Source: Diadema antillarum (taxonomy: Eukaryota). From it: 64,000 nt of DNA. The DNA is taken from assembly GCF_040938485.1 (NCBI RefSeq), contig NW_027271721.1, positions 124,001-188,000 of the forward strand, written 5' to 3'. The position numbers and the translations under genes were made by a program. Shown in pieces: positions 1-13,641 of the stretch (position 1 is the stretch's first letter; each line of letters starts with the position of its first letter). The notes under the pieces are model-generated. The model made no database searches. It worked only from the letters and a program-made list of their open reading frames with translations, and was not told where the DNA came from.

Positions 1-1103
1 TGACATGAGCATACACACACCATTTAAGTTCAGCTATCTTAGTTAAGCCACCTATGCTGTCTTTACATGCTGCTACTCAATATACTACTCTGTAACTAAC
101 CATAAGTACCATCTTGGATGTAGATAGATAATCGGACACAACGACATGTCTGTGTTTGACGTTCAATCCCATGAAAGTCTGTCCAGACATTTCTACTTCC
201 CGTAACTGTTATGGTGCTTGCGCTTTTTGAAAGAAGGTTTCATACAACCTGGTAAATTCTCCGCCATCATCTGACAAAGTCTGAAGGGAGCGGGAAAATG
301 TACCACAATTGAAACGAAGTAACATGTTATAATGGCTGTTTGTTCCGGTGAAGGTTCGTCGGCAGCTTGAAAGCAAAGCGATTGTCGCGCTCTGAGAGAC
401 TGGAGGGACACAATGGCATTGAACGTTTCTTTGTTTACCATGCTTACACTGACACGGTGTTCTCACAGGAATATCGTGCTCAAAGGGGGGAAATATTGTC
501 GTCCGCGATGGCGACTTGGGTGGTTTTGTGGTGCTAGGGTTTGCGGTTTCCTTTCTCACATGATTCGGGTAGCAGTCAGAGAAGTTTGCCTGTGACCAGC
601 AAATCGACCAGAGCATGGATTGTTAAAGGGGATGGCTAGTAACTGATCAGTTGGAATGCTGGGGGATGATTGTTCCAATCCTTGTGGGATTCATTTAAGA
701 GTACATTATATATAATTGTTGGGTGAAAATTATTTGCTTCAGAATGGTCTCATATTCAAGTAATGTGCAGTGTAGTGTTTCCAGGTTAGCATGCCTGTAC
801 AGTGACGAGGCGATCGTTAACAGGCCGTAGGACCTTATGCATATTAAGTTAGAATTTTGCGATAAGTCGGAGGCATTTTCCTGGAAGTAATAAGTAAAAC
901 GCGTCATGCCTAAGATAGAGAACATCTTAATGTTGTTTTTTCCATCTTCACCAAAATAGTATAATCATTGAAATAAAAGCGGATTATGCTAAAGATGTAA
1001 CAAAAAATTATAAGAGTCCATTGTGTTTGTTTCGGAATCTCTGTCAGTAATTCTCTCCGTTTTTCAATGATTAGTTTACTGTAGGATCTCTATTGGTTGA
1101 CAG

Positions 1104-1227
1104 GTCTGTCGCTGAGCAACTAAAGCAAGGGTTGTCGGTGGATCCGGAGTCGTACGAAAGTACCACCATCTTCTTCAGCGACATCGTTGGCTTCACCTCG
1201 CTGTCGGCGCAGAGCACCCCCATGGAG
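1104..1227 (+). CDS. Receptor-type guanylyl cyclase (NPR1/NPR2-like), coding exon, start of cyclase domain
   Basis: ttgacag|...|gttcgt; encodes [41 protein letters not shown], containing the class III cyclase FSDIVGFT metal-binding motif. Upstream exons lie outside the window. Confidence 0.95.
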
Positions 1228-1235
1228 GTTCGTCC

Positions 1236-1495
1236 TCGTCATCATCATCTTCATCATCAGTCCATCTCCTTCGTTTCTATCTTCTTCTTTCTTATCAACA
1301 CCATTCTCTTGTCCTCTTGTGTTTATTCTTCTTTCTGCCTTCCTTCTCCTGATTGTCATTCTTTCTTTTCTTTTCTTCTTCTCCTCGATATTCTTTTTTT
1401 TTCTTCTTCATTCTCAAACTCTCTCTGCTATTTGCTTTCTATGACTCCTCTTTTCCTTTTTTCGCCATCTTCATCGTCTTGTTCATTTTTTGTAG
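1236..1495. repeat. Pyrimidine-rich (TCA/TCT)-type low-complexity intronic tract
   Basis: Degenerate tca/tct/ttc triplets directly after the donor at 1228. Confidence 0.7.
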
Positions 1496-2307
1496 GCGAG
1501 ACATGTCATGGACTACATAAGTGAATGAACTAGAATGATTGTTGGCAGGCATGGTGCCGATACTGTTCATTTCGCTGATATTATCTACAATTTGCAACTA
1601 GAACAATCTAGTCCCTTTAGAGGAGTTCGACGTAATCATGCTAACGGGGAGAAAAGCCGTCATTGCCAACGGTTCGTCAAGCAAAGGATATAAATTGTTT
1701 ATTTTGACCCCCCCCCCCCCCAAGAAAAAAGTATGTTAGGCAAGAGAATATGTAACCCTTAAATTTGTCGCCGTTATGACATATCGTGTCGTCGTCATCA
1801 AACTTTTTTAATTTTTCATCTTTATTTCTGTTTAGTCCGCATAGAGGACGATGCTATAAATGTACTTGCAATGCATTATCAGCAACTACGCACTTTTCTT
1901 TAGGTTTCCTGTATCATTCGACGGGAGAGATGAAAGCAATTATTTTCTCTGCGTCGTTTTACAGAATTGCTATGTGATTCGGTGGTTGCAAAAGTTGCGC
2001 TGGCAGGAACATTTCGGTGCACGCTTGATTTCTCTTACGATTACGTGTATCTTCTGCATAATCATTATGAATTTACTTAGATCAAACGGTATAACAGCAT
2101 GATCATTGTTCCCTCTCTTTCATTGCTCCGCTCTGAATCATTTGCGTGGGCACTTAAACGACTTCGATCTGACACCATTTGACTACAGTGACATTTATTG
2201 GAGAGTTAGGCGTACTCGTAAAATTTCCTTTTATGTATACTGTTAAGCGGATAATGGCAGTTTGTATTATCATGACCTTCTGCCACTTTGCACCATGTTA
2301 AATCCAG

Positions 2308-2376
2308 GTTGTGGCCCTGCTGAACGATCTGTACACGTGCTTTGATGGGATCATCTCAAACTTTGACGTTTACAAG
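2308..2376 (+). CDS. Guanylyl cyclase exon
   Basis: tccag|...|gtttgt; 69 nt, [23 protein letters not shown], in frame with the flanking exons. Confidence 0.95.
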
Positions 2377-2512
2377 GTTTGTCTGTGCAGGAAACCATCA
2401 GAGGCGGGGATACTCTAAAGGGCGTGGGCTCTGCTTTATCGCGAAGCTTCATCTCTTGAGTCCCATGGTGCATTTCCCGCGCCTTTATGATGCCATCCAC
2501 TTGTTGATAGCA

Positions 2513-2645
2513 GTGATGATGATTATGATGATGGTGATGATGATGATGATGATGACAACGATGGTGATGATGATAATGATAATAACAATAATAATGATAG
2601 CAATTATTGCAATGATAATGATAATAATGATAATAATAATGACAA
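2513..2645. repeat. Compound (GAT)n/(AAT)n microsatellite
   Basis: gatgatgatt...gataataataat; accounts for the poly-M/I and poly-H ORFs in the track. Confidence 0.9.
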
Positions 2646-3000
2646 CAGGAATCATTGTTCGTTAACACTTGGCAGAGAGTGGTGGCAACATCTCAGTGCA
2701 ACATTGACAAGTATGTCACAACCAAAATCAACGTCAGTAGCGCAGTATCAGTAGATGGAGTTTTCCAGAAGGAAGAGAAATGATCGTGCGAGGGAGCAGT
2801 GGTAGGCCCTCCAAATAATAGCTTTGATTGGTGGTTACAGCAGAATGGAAGAGCAAGTTGCCAGTTCTGTTTTCATCTTGCCAAATTGAAGCAAGATATT
2901 CAGTCATCTTTCATTTGTGCGTATTTCTGCATGTACATTAATCAATCTAAAAGAAAAAAACAACAACTTCTAAATTCTAATACATTGTATCATATTTTAG

Positions 3001-3175
3001 GTGGAAACGATTGGAGATGCATACATGGTGGTTTCGGGACTGCCCATCAGGAACGGGACAGCTCACGCCCGCGAAATCGCGGAAATGGCACTCGCCCTCT
3101 TGGCGGCGGTCAAGTCCTTCAAGATTCGTCACCGGCCAGACGAGAAACTCAAACTGCGAGCAGGAATTCACTCAG
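3001..3175 (+). CDS. Guanylyl cyclase exon
   Basis: ttttag|...|gtatgt; [58 protein letters not shown]; E of VETIG is the GTP-specificity residue. Confidence 0.96.
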
Positions 3176-3630
3176 GTATGTTTCGCTCAATATTTCACAT
3201 CGATTATTTTTGTTATTCAAAGATAGATTGATTGTTAATGAATGCACAAATAATGAAATGAATAATCAAGTCTACATAAAGTATGCAACTAAATGAATGA
3301 ACAAGTACATGATGGAGTATAATAGCATAATATGATACTATACCTATACTAGCTGAATTGATTGCTTGAATATAATTCAAGTAATTGATTCAATTAAATT
3401 CCAGTTCATTTCCTTTTTTATTTGCCTTTCCAAACAATATACATTGATGCCACAAGTGTCAAAGTCATGGTATATTTCTTGTAACATATAGTATAACATG
3501 ATCAGTAGGAATGCATCTTGTTTCAAGTTATCCAATACCTAGATATCTAGTTATCCATTAGATATTTTGACACTCTGTCGGGATGTACATTGTTATGTCT
3601 TCGTTCTTTTCTATGAATGACAGAATATGA

Positions 3631-3771
<141 letters not shown>

Positions 3772-4282
3772 TAGTCAGTGCGACGGATTGATAATAATAT
3801 GGTGAACAATCATCGATTATGTCGATTAAGCAACAAATCTCAAGCTAATGTATACGTTCATTCAAGCTCAAGGTATACCTTGCCAACGCTATCACCCCAC
3901 CACACCACAAAGCTGTAATATTTTTGAGTTCTTTAATAAAAATTATGCGGTGAAAAGGATCTCTTCGTCGATTCAATTGATGCCGCATTCCCTCTTTTTT
4001 TGTTCTCATTTTTAATACACGATATCTCTGCCTTCTGCCTTTAACTGAGTTATTTCTAACATGTAAACAAACACTTCAGAACAGACTCGTGAAGGAGTAA
4101 TATCAATCCTCAGCTGCTATTGTTCCGTATTTGCTTGTCTACTAGAGCAGGACTGTTGGCTGTGCAAACATGTTGGAAAGAATAACAAAATACATTGTAA
4201 ATCTTTTACCCCGGTGTCTTACTCATGAAATCCAATTCATTTCCTTCCGTTCGTTTCTCTTTTCACTTTTGTTTCATTACAG

Positions 4283-4374
4283 CGCTGAAGATTCACGTCA
4301 GTGTAGCGTGCAAGTCCATTCTGGACAACTTCGGTCGCTTTGAGTTATCCCTTCGCGGGCAAATTGAGATGAAG
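4283..4374 (+). CDS. Guanylyl cyclase exon
   Basis: ttacag|...|gtaaat; ALKIHVSVACKSILDNFGRFELSLRGQIEMK. Confidence 0.95.
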
Positions 4375-5220
4375 GTAAATGAACTACCATATACCCCATG
4401 TTTGCAGACTAGGCTTCAATGTATGCTTTTCAATGTAATCAATAATATTTTCTAGCAAGACGTTTCGTCAATATTAGCTAATATTAACTTTAATGTCAGC
4501 TTTCGAAAGTGCAGGAAAAGGGATAATATTGCATTACATGATTTCAGAATATATCAACACACGAAAAGAATTTGTCAAATTGTAAATTTTTTTGTGTGTG
4601 GGTGAAACTGGGATATGCAGAGACATCTTCCTCTGACACATTTCAAAGATAATGTCACTTAAAAAAAATTCGAAAACCTTTTAGAATTTCTAGTATATAC
4701 ACTATGGACGGCATTCCACGTCAAACTGATATCTTCGAGTTTTAAAACAAAATCTCTGATAGAGTTTTAGGTATTTCTTTTTTTTTTCTCATCTTTGGAC
4801 TGATACAAAAATAGAGACTAATTATGATTCGCCGACTTCACTCGATGAGATGTCAATGCTTTGTCTGAAAAACTAGGCTGCCTGACAACTCTTTGTATAT
4901 TATTTACACGTTTAGAATCTAACATTATCATTTACTCTTTTTAATCCAGAATAGTTGAAGGCAATTCATCATCACTGTACCTCGTTTTATAAAGTATCAA
5001 AATATATTTTACGCAAACATTGTTTTTCCGACATCTATTTCCCTTGCTTTGTTCGTGCCTGATCGACATGAAAACAACATATACACACCCAGAAGTTCGA
5101 GAAGAAATTCGAAGTCTGCAGGAACTGTAGAAATGGATTGGAAATCTCATAATGAAAATTAATGACCTTCCTGATCATCTTAATCACCTTCCTGATCATC
5201 TTAATCAATCCCGTATACAG

Positions 5221-5286
5221 GGTAAGGGCATGCAGACGACATATTGGCTCCTTGGTCAGAAGGCAGAGAAGTGTTGGTATCGATAG
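5221..5286 (+). CDS. Guanylyl cyclase terminal coding exon
   Basis: atacag|GGTAAGGGC; GKGMQTTYWLLGQKAEKCWYR* (TAG 5284-5286), matching the GKG-x4-YWL end of cyclase domains. Confidence 0.88.
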   Translation, partial: GKGMQTTYWLLGQKAEKCWYR

Positions 5287-8200
5287 CGAAAGTCGAGACT
5301 CGACGGACTCGAGACGAACACATCCATAGAGAAAAAAATGATACCTGACTGTTGCCATGGCTACTCATATGGTCTCTACATTACATACCCTTTCATAATC
5401 AAGGATTTTTTCTGAAATCCTAGCTCGTTAGTATTTGAGAGGCGTCACCAAGACTGTCGTATATGGTTATCTGGACAGTTCTATACGGTGCACTCCTTCT
5501 GTGTACGGTGTATACACTTATCTAAGTTGCGTAGCTTGAAATCAGGATTTATTGGCGTTTCAAAACCAGCATCTACCTGTTCTACCATTATACGCACAAC
5601 ATAATCAAACCAGAGAGACAGAAAACACAAAGATTCCATGATGTTCGTATTTCCCTAACTGTGAGCCGGATACAGAATGAAAACCATAATCATTGGGTGT
5701 TCGACAACCCCCGTATATTGTCAAATGATATTGCATGGTATGATCACCTATGACAGTTGGCACACGCTATATGCATGACTCATCAACCAAACAACAAACA
5801 ATGACGACGATCATCATGGTATATGATTCGATTCTGTCAGTGTCAAGCATGCTGATGCTAGTGTACTATGTGTTAGTTTATGCGTTGATGGCGCAAATCA
5901 CGCGTGTGGCGTACAAAACATCTTTAGGGTCACATGTAATACAAGTTCATCAACAATATGACTCGTGCAGTCATATCAACTCTGCCAGTGTTGCTGTTTC
6001 CGTGTTTCTAAAATGGTATCAACTAATACGTTTGATTTCAAAACGATGATGAAAATGGTATCCTTTATGATTGAACAAGTTCACATTAATTACCATGGAA
6101 AGAGAAAATAATGGAATTGTTTTCAAACATTTCTTTGGTTTGCTGTGTTACAGTACTATGTATGATAACAGTCTCTGTTGTTGGCAGATGATTTAAGTAC
6201 AGTAAGAAAAATGGATCAAAGTCATATATCGACACTAAAATATAATGTGTGTATTGTACTAAGATCAGATTAGTACACGAAGTTACGAATTGGGTTACGG
6301 CAGGGCTGATGAATCGGTCCCGAGAAGGGGCGAAGGATTAGATTCTGAAGATAGGCCTAAGTAGCGATTCACGATATTTCATCGATATTTACTTATCCAC
6401 TGCTGTCATGGCTGTTGTATACTCTCATAAACTCCGTGAGACAGTAGCAGTGAATTAGGGCACAGGATAAAGCAAGAGCGACGGGCCAGGGTGAGAGTTA
6501 TTGTACAGGATGTTGGTTTATAGGAAGAATGGAAGATGAAGTCATTGTAAAATACGTAGAATTGATGTAATTTGACAAAAGAGTGACAGATTATCTATCA
6601 CAAGGATGAAGGATAAGGTTGATTCATCTTAAAATGAAAATGCAGATTACGTTTTGTTAATAAAAATGAAATAAGGTAAGTAAGAAAGAAGCAGTGGTTC
6701 ACATTACTCTAAGGGTCATGGAATTTGTTAAGCCTGGAGCAATAGAGCAGGTTAAAAATTGAAAGTAATACACGACTCCGGTGTTTATAGAGCGAATGAA
6801 GTCAGTTTCGTCAAAGAGAGAGAACAAAACCCTGAATGTTTCATTGATATCAAACACAATGAATAAATAATGTTACCAGTGACAATATCATTTGCAAATT
6901 GAATGACCTTATAATGTAATTAGATATCATTTTAGGTAAGTTGTTTTATCTGTGACTGATTTACCATATGTCCACATGTCATGAGATAAAAGGAATACAC
7001 ATGCACATACATGAATGTACGCACTTCAATTCTGTAGTGCAGTGAGTCTATTCTTTCTTCCTTTTTTCAACTGAAGCATGACTTTGTATTATATATATAT
7101 TTTTTTTGCCAGTATGCGCTCTTATGTTTATCGATATCATTTATTTATTGCAAAGGCAAGTGTTTTTTTTTTGTTTATGATGTAATACCTGATTTATCTT
7201 GTGTTATGTTTTTGTTGAAAGAAAAAAGGAAGAATGATAATTAATGAATTGAATTGAAAAAAAAAATAAAAAATTGAAATAATTATTTCCATTTGTCAAC
7301 GCTGGAATAACTTTAATCGGCAGATCGGTGGCAATGTATAGGCGTGATATTGTACATGTATAATATTAAGGATGATACATGTCGTTATATGTCGTAATTT
7401 GTATATCGCGTGTTGTATGCCATCTGATAGATTCCGGGTGTCATCTGCGGGGTCATGATACCTGGAAGTAGCCAACTTGGCTACGTGACTGATGTGGAAT
7501 CATTTCATCAGGAAGTGCAACATCCATATAATGAACTGTGCCTGTAAACTTTCATTTCACAAAAACTTCTTTTTAATGATTCTGCATGTCACTCGTTAAG
7601 TCTATTAGGATTTTACACATTTTAACTACAACGGTGGTAAGGGGGGAAGGGGAGGTACCTTCGTGCAAAATTCTTTTAAAACCCGTTGAGGACGGACCGA
7701 TTTTGCGACAACACGCATTTCCCATACACACCTGCCTGAGTGTACTCGGGACTCGGCCTCAAAGGGAAAGGTATACATTATTATGTATATGTGAATACTT
7801 TTGTGCATTTGCGTGTACATGTAGTTGGAAAACAAACTGCTAGACGAAGGCACCTACGTTACAAGGAAATTTACTTTCTACTTTGTGTTGGGTCTGTGCA
7901 ATGAGCAATTATGCCACTTCGCAGCATTGTGTTTAGTTTGCGGGTGAACAAGATTTTTTTTTTTTTGGATATTTGTTATCAACGATGTAATCAATTCATA
8001 GTAATGTAAACATTATTGTCCTGGCAGGAATGTAGCTTAGTGCATATTAACCCCCATTTTCGAGGTAAACTGAAATTATTAAATGATCGTTAAATGTCAA
8101 GTTCTATCTTTTTCCTGAGATAATTATTTTAGGAGTGTATCATCTTAGTACATGTTTGTGGTACCAGTCTGAGTCAGTCATTCTCTATAATGTAGTAATA

Positions 8201-9719
8201 CTTCCATATCTCCCTTCACCAGGGCAGTATAATATATTTAACTATACCTTAATGGATTAATACCACGACCCCACCCCACCCCACCCCGTCAGTCACAACG
8301 AACTTCCTCCTCTCCTTCCTATTCTCCTCACGCTTGACCCTTCTGATCGCCCTTCCAACCTTAGTGCACGGTCAACCCCCCCTCCCCCCAATCTTTCCCC
8401 CACCTTCTTTCCCCTCCTTTGGGCATATTCTATCCTTTCAATCTACTCCAGATCCCTGCTCCTTTTTGAACACTTAGCCCTTGCGACCACCCCACCCTTG
8501 ATACACGGCCAACCTCATTGATCTTCCCCTTTCTCATTGCCTCTCGCATTTTCCACGCTCCATTGCTTCGACCACACCCCTCCCCGCTCCCTGACCTTAT
8601 GTGAACCATCAGCTTCCTACCCGACCCTTGGTGCACGATCACCACCCCCCCCGCTTCCCCACGTTCACATTTTATTCCGATTTCTCCCCTCCCCTGACTC
8701 ACCATTTTGTGCTCAGCATAATATGTTCATTATGCGGTTTTGTCATTAAATGTCAACACCATCACTGCAATGAAATCAATTCATATTGATGATGTAAGTT
8801 ATGAAAAAATATGATGTGTTTGTCATTTATATCTCATCACTGTTCTATATGAAAGTGTCAGAGATACAGAAGGCAAAAATTGTAGAGAAGGAAAATATAA
8901 TGACAAGGGCAGATTGTGATAATGGTTGTATACAAAAGATTGGTAAATTATCAATAGATCAACAATAAATAACGGACACTGTGATCTAACCTCGTTTGCT
9001 CCATTTTGCGTCAATGATAAAATCCATTTTCAATACAATCTCCACGCTAGCAATTCGATGAACATAGACAAAGCAGAGTATTCGACTCATACATAGCAAA
9101 GAGTAAGGCTAATTGCACGTCTACAAAATCCCTCCTCTGCATACACACACAATGCACATACTCCTACTGAGAATCAGTCCCAGGTATCTAACCTTTCTTC
9201 CACCCCACCCCACCCCACCACATCCCTGCTCCATTAAAAAAAAAACCCGAATAACATTATGTCTTGTAAAATTAGCGCTTATACAACTAATGCCATCATT
9301 GACTATCTATTACCCTCTGTCAACATACACAAATGGCCGATTCCGCTATCATTATGTAGTTTTAGATTCACTTTACGACCAAATAGAAAGCATTAGGTTG
9401 AACCTCGCCGTAGGGCAACTGGCCTGCCCGCAATTAACAAAGTTTGATTGATCATCAACTGGACAAATAGAGTTATAACATGAGGGAGCAATTTGTTCAC
9501 ACTCTGATCGAACACGTGTTACGGAGAGTCATACCGGTCATACATTCTCGAGGAGTGAGCTAATATTCATCCAATAGCTGCACTTGAACATTCTTTCAGA
9601 TCGACCTTTGCCCCCAAAGCGTGCGACGAGCTCCCGCTATTTATCCCTATTCCCATCTGAAAAGAAGTTGAAAAAAAATACGCACACACACACACACAAC
9701 ACACACTCACACACATGTA

Positions 9720-10082
9720 CACAACGATCGACTACCGAGGTAGCGGAGGCGTCATTCTATCACAGATTTCAGCACGGCTTTTCATGTCCCTCCGAGCATG
9801 CCATTGTGTTATTGAAATGCCTCAGTTCGCTTCATGACGGTAAACATCGGTGGAAAGCGACATTTTCGTCTGCATTCCTGCTATTCACCCGCTGCTGGTG
9901 CACACTTTGGAAAAAGGTAGTGCTGTCGAAACTGCGGATTTAATAATCTTCAACATCAACTGGAGTTTACGCGAACTTGTTGACGTTTTGACACGATCCC
10001 AGGGTTCGCAAACAACCACTGATGAAGGAGTAAACGGAGAATTCGCTTGTTACTGGTCGCTTTGTTCATATACGCAAAACAG
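9720..10082 (+). other. Candidate non-coding first exon, possibly of the RING-NHL gene
   Basis: CpG-richer segment ending in a consensus donor AACAG|gtgagt at 10083; CCAAT near 9571; the RING-NHL exon has a strong acceptor at 21229 and needs an upstream 5'UTR exon. The link is inference and the start is approximate. Confidence 0.35.
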
Positions 10083-13000
10083 GTGAGTGATCTTCCTTAT
10101 CTAGCTACCCCTGCATTAAATCGATTACAGTTCTCATACATGTTTATGACATTCCGACCTCTATTGTGTGGCGCGTGCTGCACGAACTGAATTCTTCAGC
10201 GAACGAGGACACACATATTATATCAGCGTTGTGTGCTATTTGCATCGCGAGAAGCGAACTGGTAGTGGTATACAGGTGGGTGTGGTGTATAAGGATATAT
10301 GCGATGATACTGCTGGATACCACTTAGGAAGTTGAGAAACCTGGGAGTGAGAGTCATCGTTATCTACAAACATATCGAGTTAGCTCGTTTGCAGCGTGGC
10401 TTTAATGGGCCAAATGATGGTGAAATGTTTGTGCAGTGATTTCAGAATACTCACCTTCGGTATGCAGCCACACCAAAATGTTTACCGTTACTTTCGTGGT
10501 CACAGCATGCTACCACCTCGATGCGATCGCCACTCCACGGCAAATCGTCAAGCTTCGCAGAGTACATACTACATGTGTAAATCATTTGGTAAACAAGGTT
10601 CTTTGAGCGATTATCAGAGACTCGTGTACGTGTTGTTTATTTCGCTCTCGCGAGACATGCTTTTACAGATTCTGGGTATCGCGTGTGGAACGAGATTAAG
10701 CCATAGAATCCATCTCATCTCACAATGATAGTCATTCCATTTTAACAACTAAGAGTCACTCCATTCCATGTAGGCAAATCTCTGATCATGGAAGTTACAG
10801 CCGTTAAAGGTGTCTTGTAGAAAACAAAATGGAGCGTGGGGTCAAGTTTCAAGACAAATATACCACTAGGAAACCATAGCATTTCAAAATGATATTAAAA
10901 CGTCAAAATCTTAAAGGGGAAGGGTAATTTCCTACCATGCAGAAAATGTGGTGTCACTCTTTATATGACGCACAGGATGCATTCTACAGAAAATGGTTAA
11001 GCTTAAACTAGGAGAAAGGGGAAATCTAAACCTATTCATCAATCATCTTGTACCACCTTGACGACATGGCCCAAAAAGTCCTGCATGTTTATCAAACACA
11101 ATACAAGTGGTGGACATTGCACATCCATTACGTTCGAAAGGATACCACTGAAAGCAAAAACACAAATAACAGCCAAGAAGGTTTGTCACTATTAGCCGAT
11201 TTGCGAGGTTCACAAATTATAAGCTCTAAATGGTCGTCCCCACTGGAACAAACTAGAAAAAAAAAAAAAAAAACTCGGAGAACACAGACCCCAAGCAGCA
11301 AATTTCCATAGCATATTGTGAGTTCCCCCTTTATTGTATAGTCCTGTATGAACATTACTACAGTACCCCACTTCGTCGTAAGAATTCATTAACGGTCATT
11401 GTATAGTGTACAAAAGAGTGGTGACGATGCTAACTAATCTGGCTATCTATTGTGGAGTTACACTTACAGTACTGTATATACAATGACACATATGCTGAAA
11501 ATGACCCGATTTTCCAATGACAATCAATCTTTAAAAAAAAATAACAATCCTGGATCAAGACAGTGATCAGAATCACGGATCACTATAGAATTAACAACAT
11601 TGCTCCTCCTGAAAAGTTTCATACAGATGCGTTCAAAACTTTTTTTTAAAGTTATTATGCAAACAGACAGACAGACAAACGAAGAAACGGACCGACGAAC
11701 AAACACCGGCAAAGGATAACCTCCTTGGCGAAGGTGATTAAGAAGTAACTCATCATAATACATGTATTATATAAGAACAGTGAAACATGACACTTCACTT
11801 TCAGGATGGGCTGTTTAGACACATTTTAGAATTACATAGCATGTTGGGCTTTTCCCCCTCTTTCATTATGCCTGATTTATCGCCTGATTTTTATCGCATA
11901 CGTATTTTGAAGGAAATGTTGACAGCTACCGGGACAGCACATACAGGATGTGCTTATGCGAACTCATTTAAAAAACGACCGCAACCAAAAACCGTAGTGA
12001 CAAGACCTCGAATATGTCCTTTCTGTTTGTTTGTTTTTCAGATAACATGCCTATTGTGGTAGTCTTTATTGATTCTGTACAAACCCTCCTCTTGTCGGTA
12101 ATATCATGTTTTATATACTGCACATTGCGGGGTTTGTAATAATTATTATTCCCTATATTGCAGTTGCTCTGGGAACAGGCCCGTTTAATGATGTCTCCAA
12201 GTGGAAGTTGCTTTCCACTTTTTTTTTTTCCAGCGAGGACCTAGTTAACGCCAGTTTACATGCCGTTGTTGTCGTTTATTTGGTTTTTATTGAGGCGTCA
12301 GTCACTAAATGGCGAATACCTAGTAATATGTATGACAGTGTTACTGCCATGTTGCTATCATGGCTGGTAGCCTTGGATGAAGCTTTCTTATTTTTTATCC
12401 TCTACATGAAATTTTGATGTCGTAAACAGGCATCTCATTGGTGGAACAAGAAGACATTTTTTTTTTTCAGTGGATTTATTGAAATACAATCGTACATACC
12501 GGAGGATTTTACGGCGACAGACAAGCACTTTGGGATTGTATCACATCTATTTTCATAAGCGGTGTGTTACCAATGATTCTTATGATGACAAATAATAAAT
12601 GTTAAGTGTCAGGTTAATATCGTATCGATCGAGCTCGTGTGAATTCAGACTCATGAAAATGCGTACGCTTCGATAACTTTCCATTTGTGCCTTTCTTGTG
12701 TTTCATCATGGAGTTCCCGACCTCCATTGTTTGATCATGAAGCTACATCGTTGTAGCTCCATGGTTTGATGAAGCCATTTTTCCTCATATGAGAAAACGA
12801 AATCAAAACGCATTCACCCAAAGAAAGGCGACCCCTCTCTATACTGTTCCTTTCCAATAAAGAAAATCCGACAGCAGCGCTTGTTGCTTGTCTGAGGCGT
12901 TATTGCATAGATAAAATATTGCAAACTTTGATCTGGATTTCGCTTGTGCAAACATGATCACAAAGATGCAATGTTGACAAAGGGACATGTCTACGTGCGG

Positions 13001-13108
13001 ACGGGGGAAGCTTCAGTGAGAGAGACAGCGTGTGATTCACCCGTAAAGTATCACATATCACATATATCCCACATCATTCTTCTGTTGTTTGTTTTGAATA
13101 TCTTTTAG

Positions 13109-13139
<31 letters not shown>

Positions 13140-13521
13140 ATATTTATGTCTGGACATCCAGTCGTTTTTTAATTTGTTCTACTTATTCTATTTATTCGAT
13201 TTTCTTATTTTCATCGAATAAAAGGCGATACATAATACAATGTATACAAGCAAAAAGCAAATAAGTATACACACTATAAAGAATAGTACTAAATGTATGT
13301 GCGAATGAATGTGTGTATGATTTATTCGTCCAAGACAAAGAAACCCCCCCCCCCCAAATAATCAAATGACATGTGTTCGTCAAAGAAAGAGTGATGAAAG
13401 AAAAAAACCTCGCAATGTAGTACTGCATGTGAAATGACATGATAATACGTAGATCCGTATACCGGTATGTGTCGTTAACGCATTTATAGAATTTCACAAT
13501 ATTAAGTAAATACAGACATCT

Positions 13522-13548
13522 ACCATCTACAGTCTAAATCCTCCAAAG

Positions 13549-13588
<40 letters not shown>

Positions 13589-13641
13589 TACTGACAGTAA
13601 TAGATATATAATTTCTTTGGAGGATTTAGACTGTAGATGGT
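13522..13641. repeat. Short palindromic element, ~37-bp perfect arms around (TA)n
   Basis: accatctacagtctaaatcctccaaagaaattatat ... atatataatttctttggaggatttagactgtagatggt are exact reverse complements. Confidence 0.85.

Noticed and set aside
193-616. Minus-strand ORF containing TLSDDGGEFT, reminiscent of an integrase SDxGxEF motif
   Set aside because: No flanking integrase motifs in any frame I could read and a stop follows shortly; not supportable without an HMM search.
1093-1524. 143-aa track ORF with a hydrophobic tail resembling a membrane protein
   Set aside because: It is the cyclase exon read through the donor at 1228 into low-complexity intron.
2342-2668. Poly-Met/Ile and poly-His ORFs
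   Set aside because: Translations of the GAT/AAT microsatellite on both strands.
4455-4500. Minus-strand hammerhead-like remnant: 9-bp stem II followed by GAAACGTC
   Set aside because: The core reads CTGACATTAAA instead of CUGANGA(A) and stem I barely pairs; at best a dead relic.
5257-5325. Alternative frame (QRSVGIDSESRDSTDSRRTHP*) past the cyclase stop that looks protein-like
   Set aside because: No splice site or frameshift evidence to reach it; the short CWYR* tail is plausible as is.
6304-6335. CTGATGA-A-TCGGTCCCGA-GAAG hammerhead-like string
   Set aside because: GAAG instead of GAAA, no NUH triplet and no stem I.
8269-8287. (GGGGT)3GGGG G-quadruplex motif on the minus strand, and other G/C runs (15842, 59093)
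   Set aside because: Homopolymer-rich G/C runs are frequent throughout this window and nothing ties these to a function.
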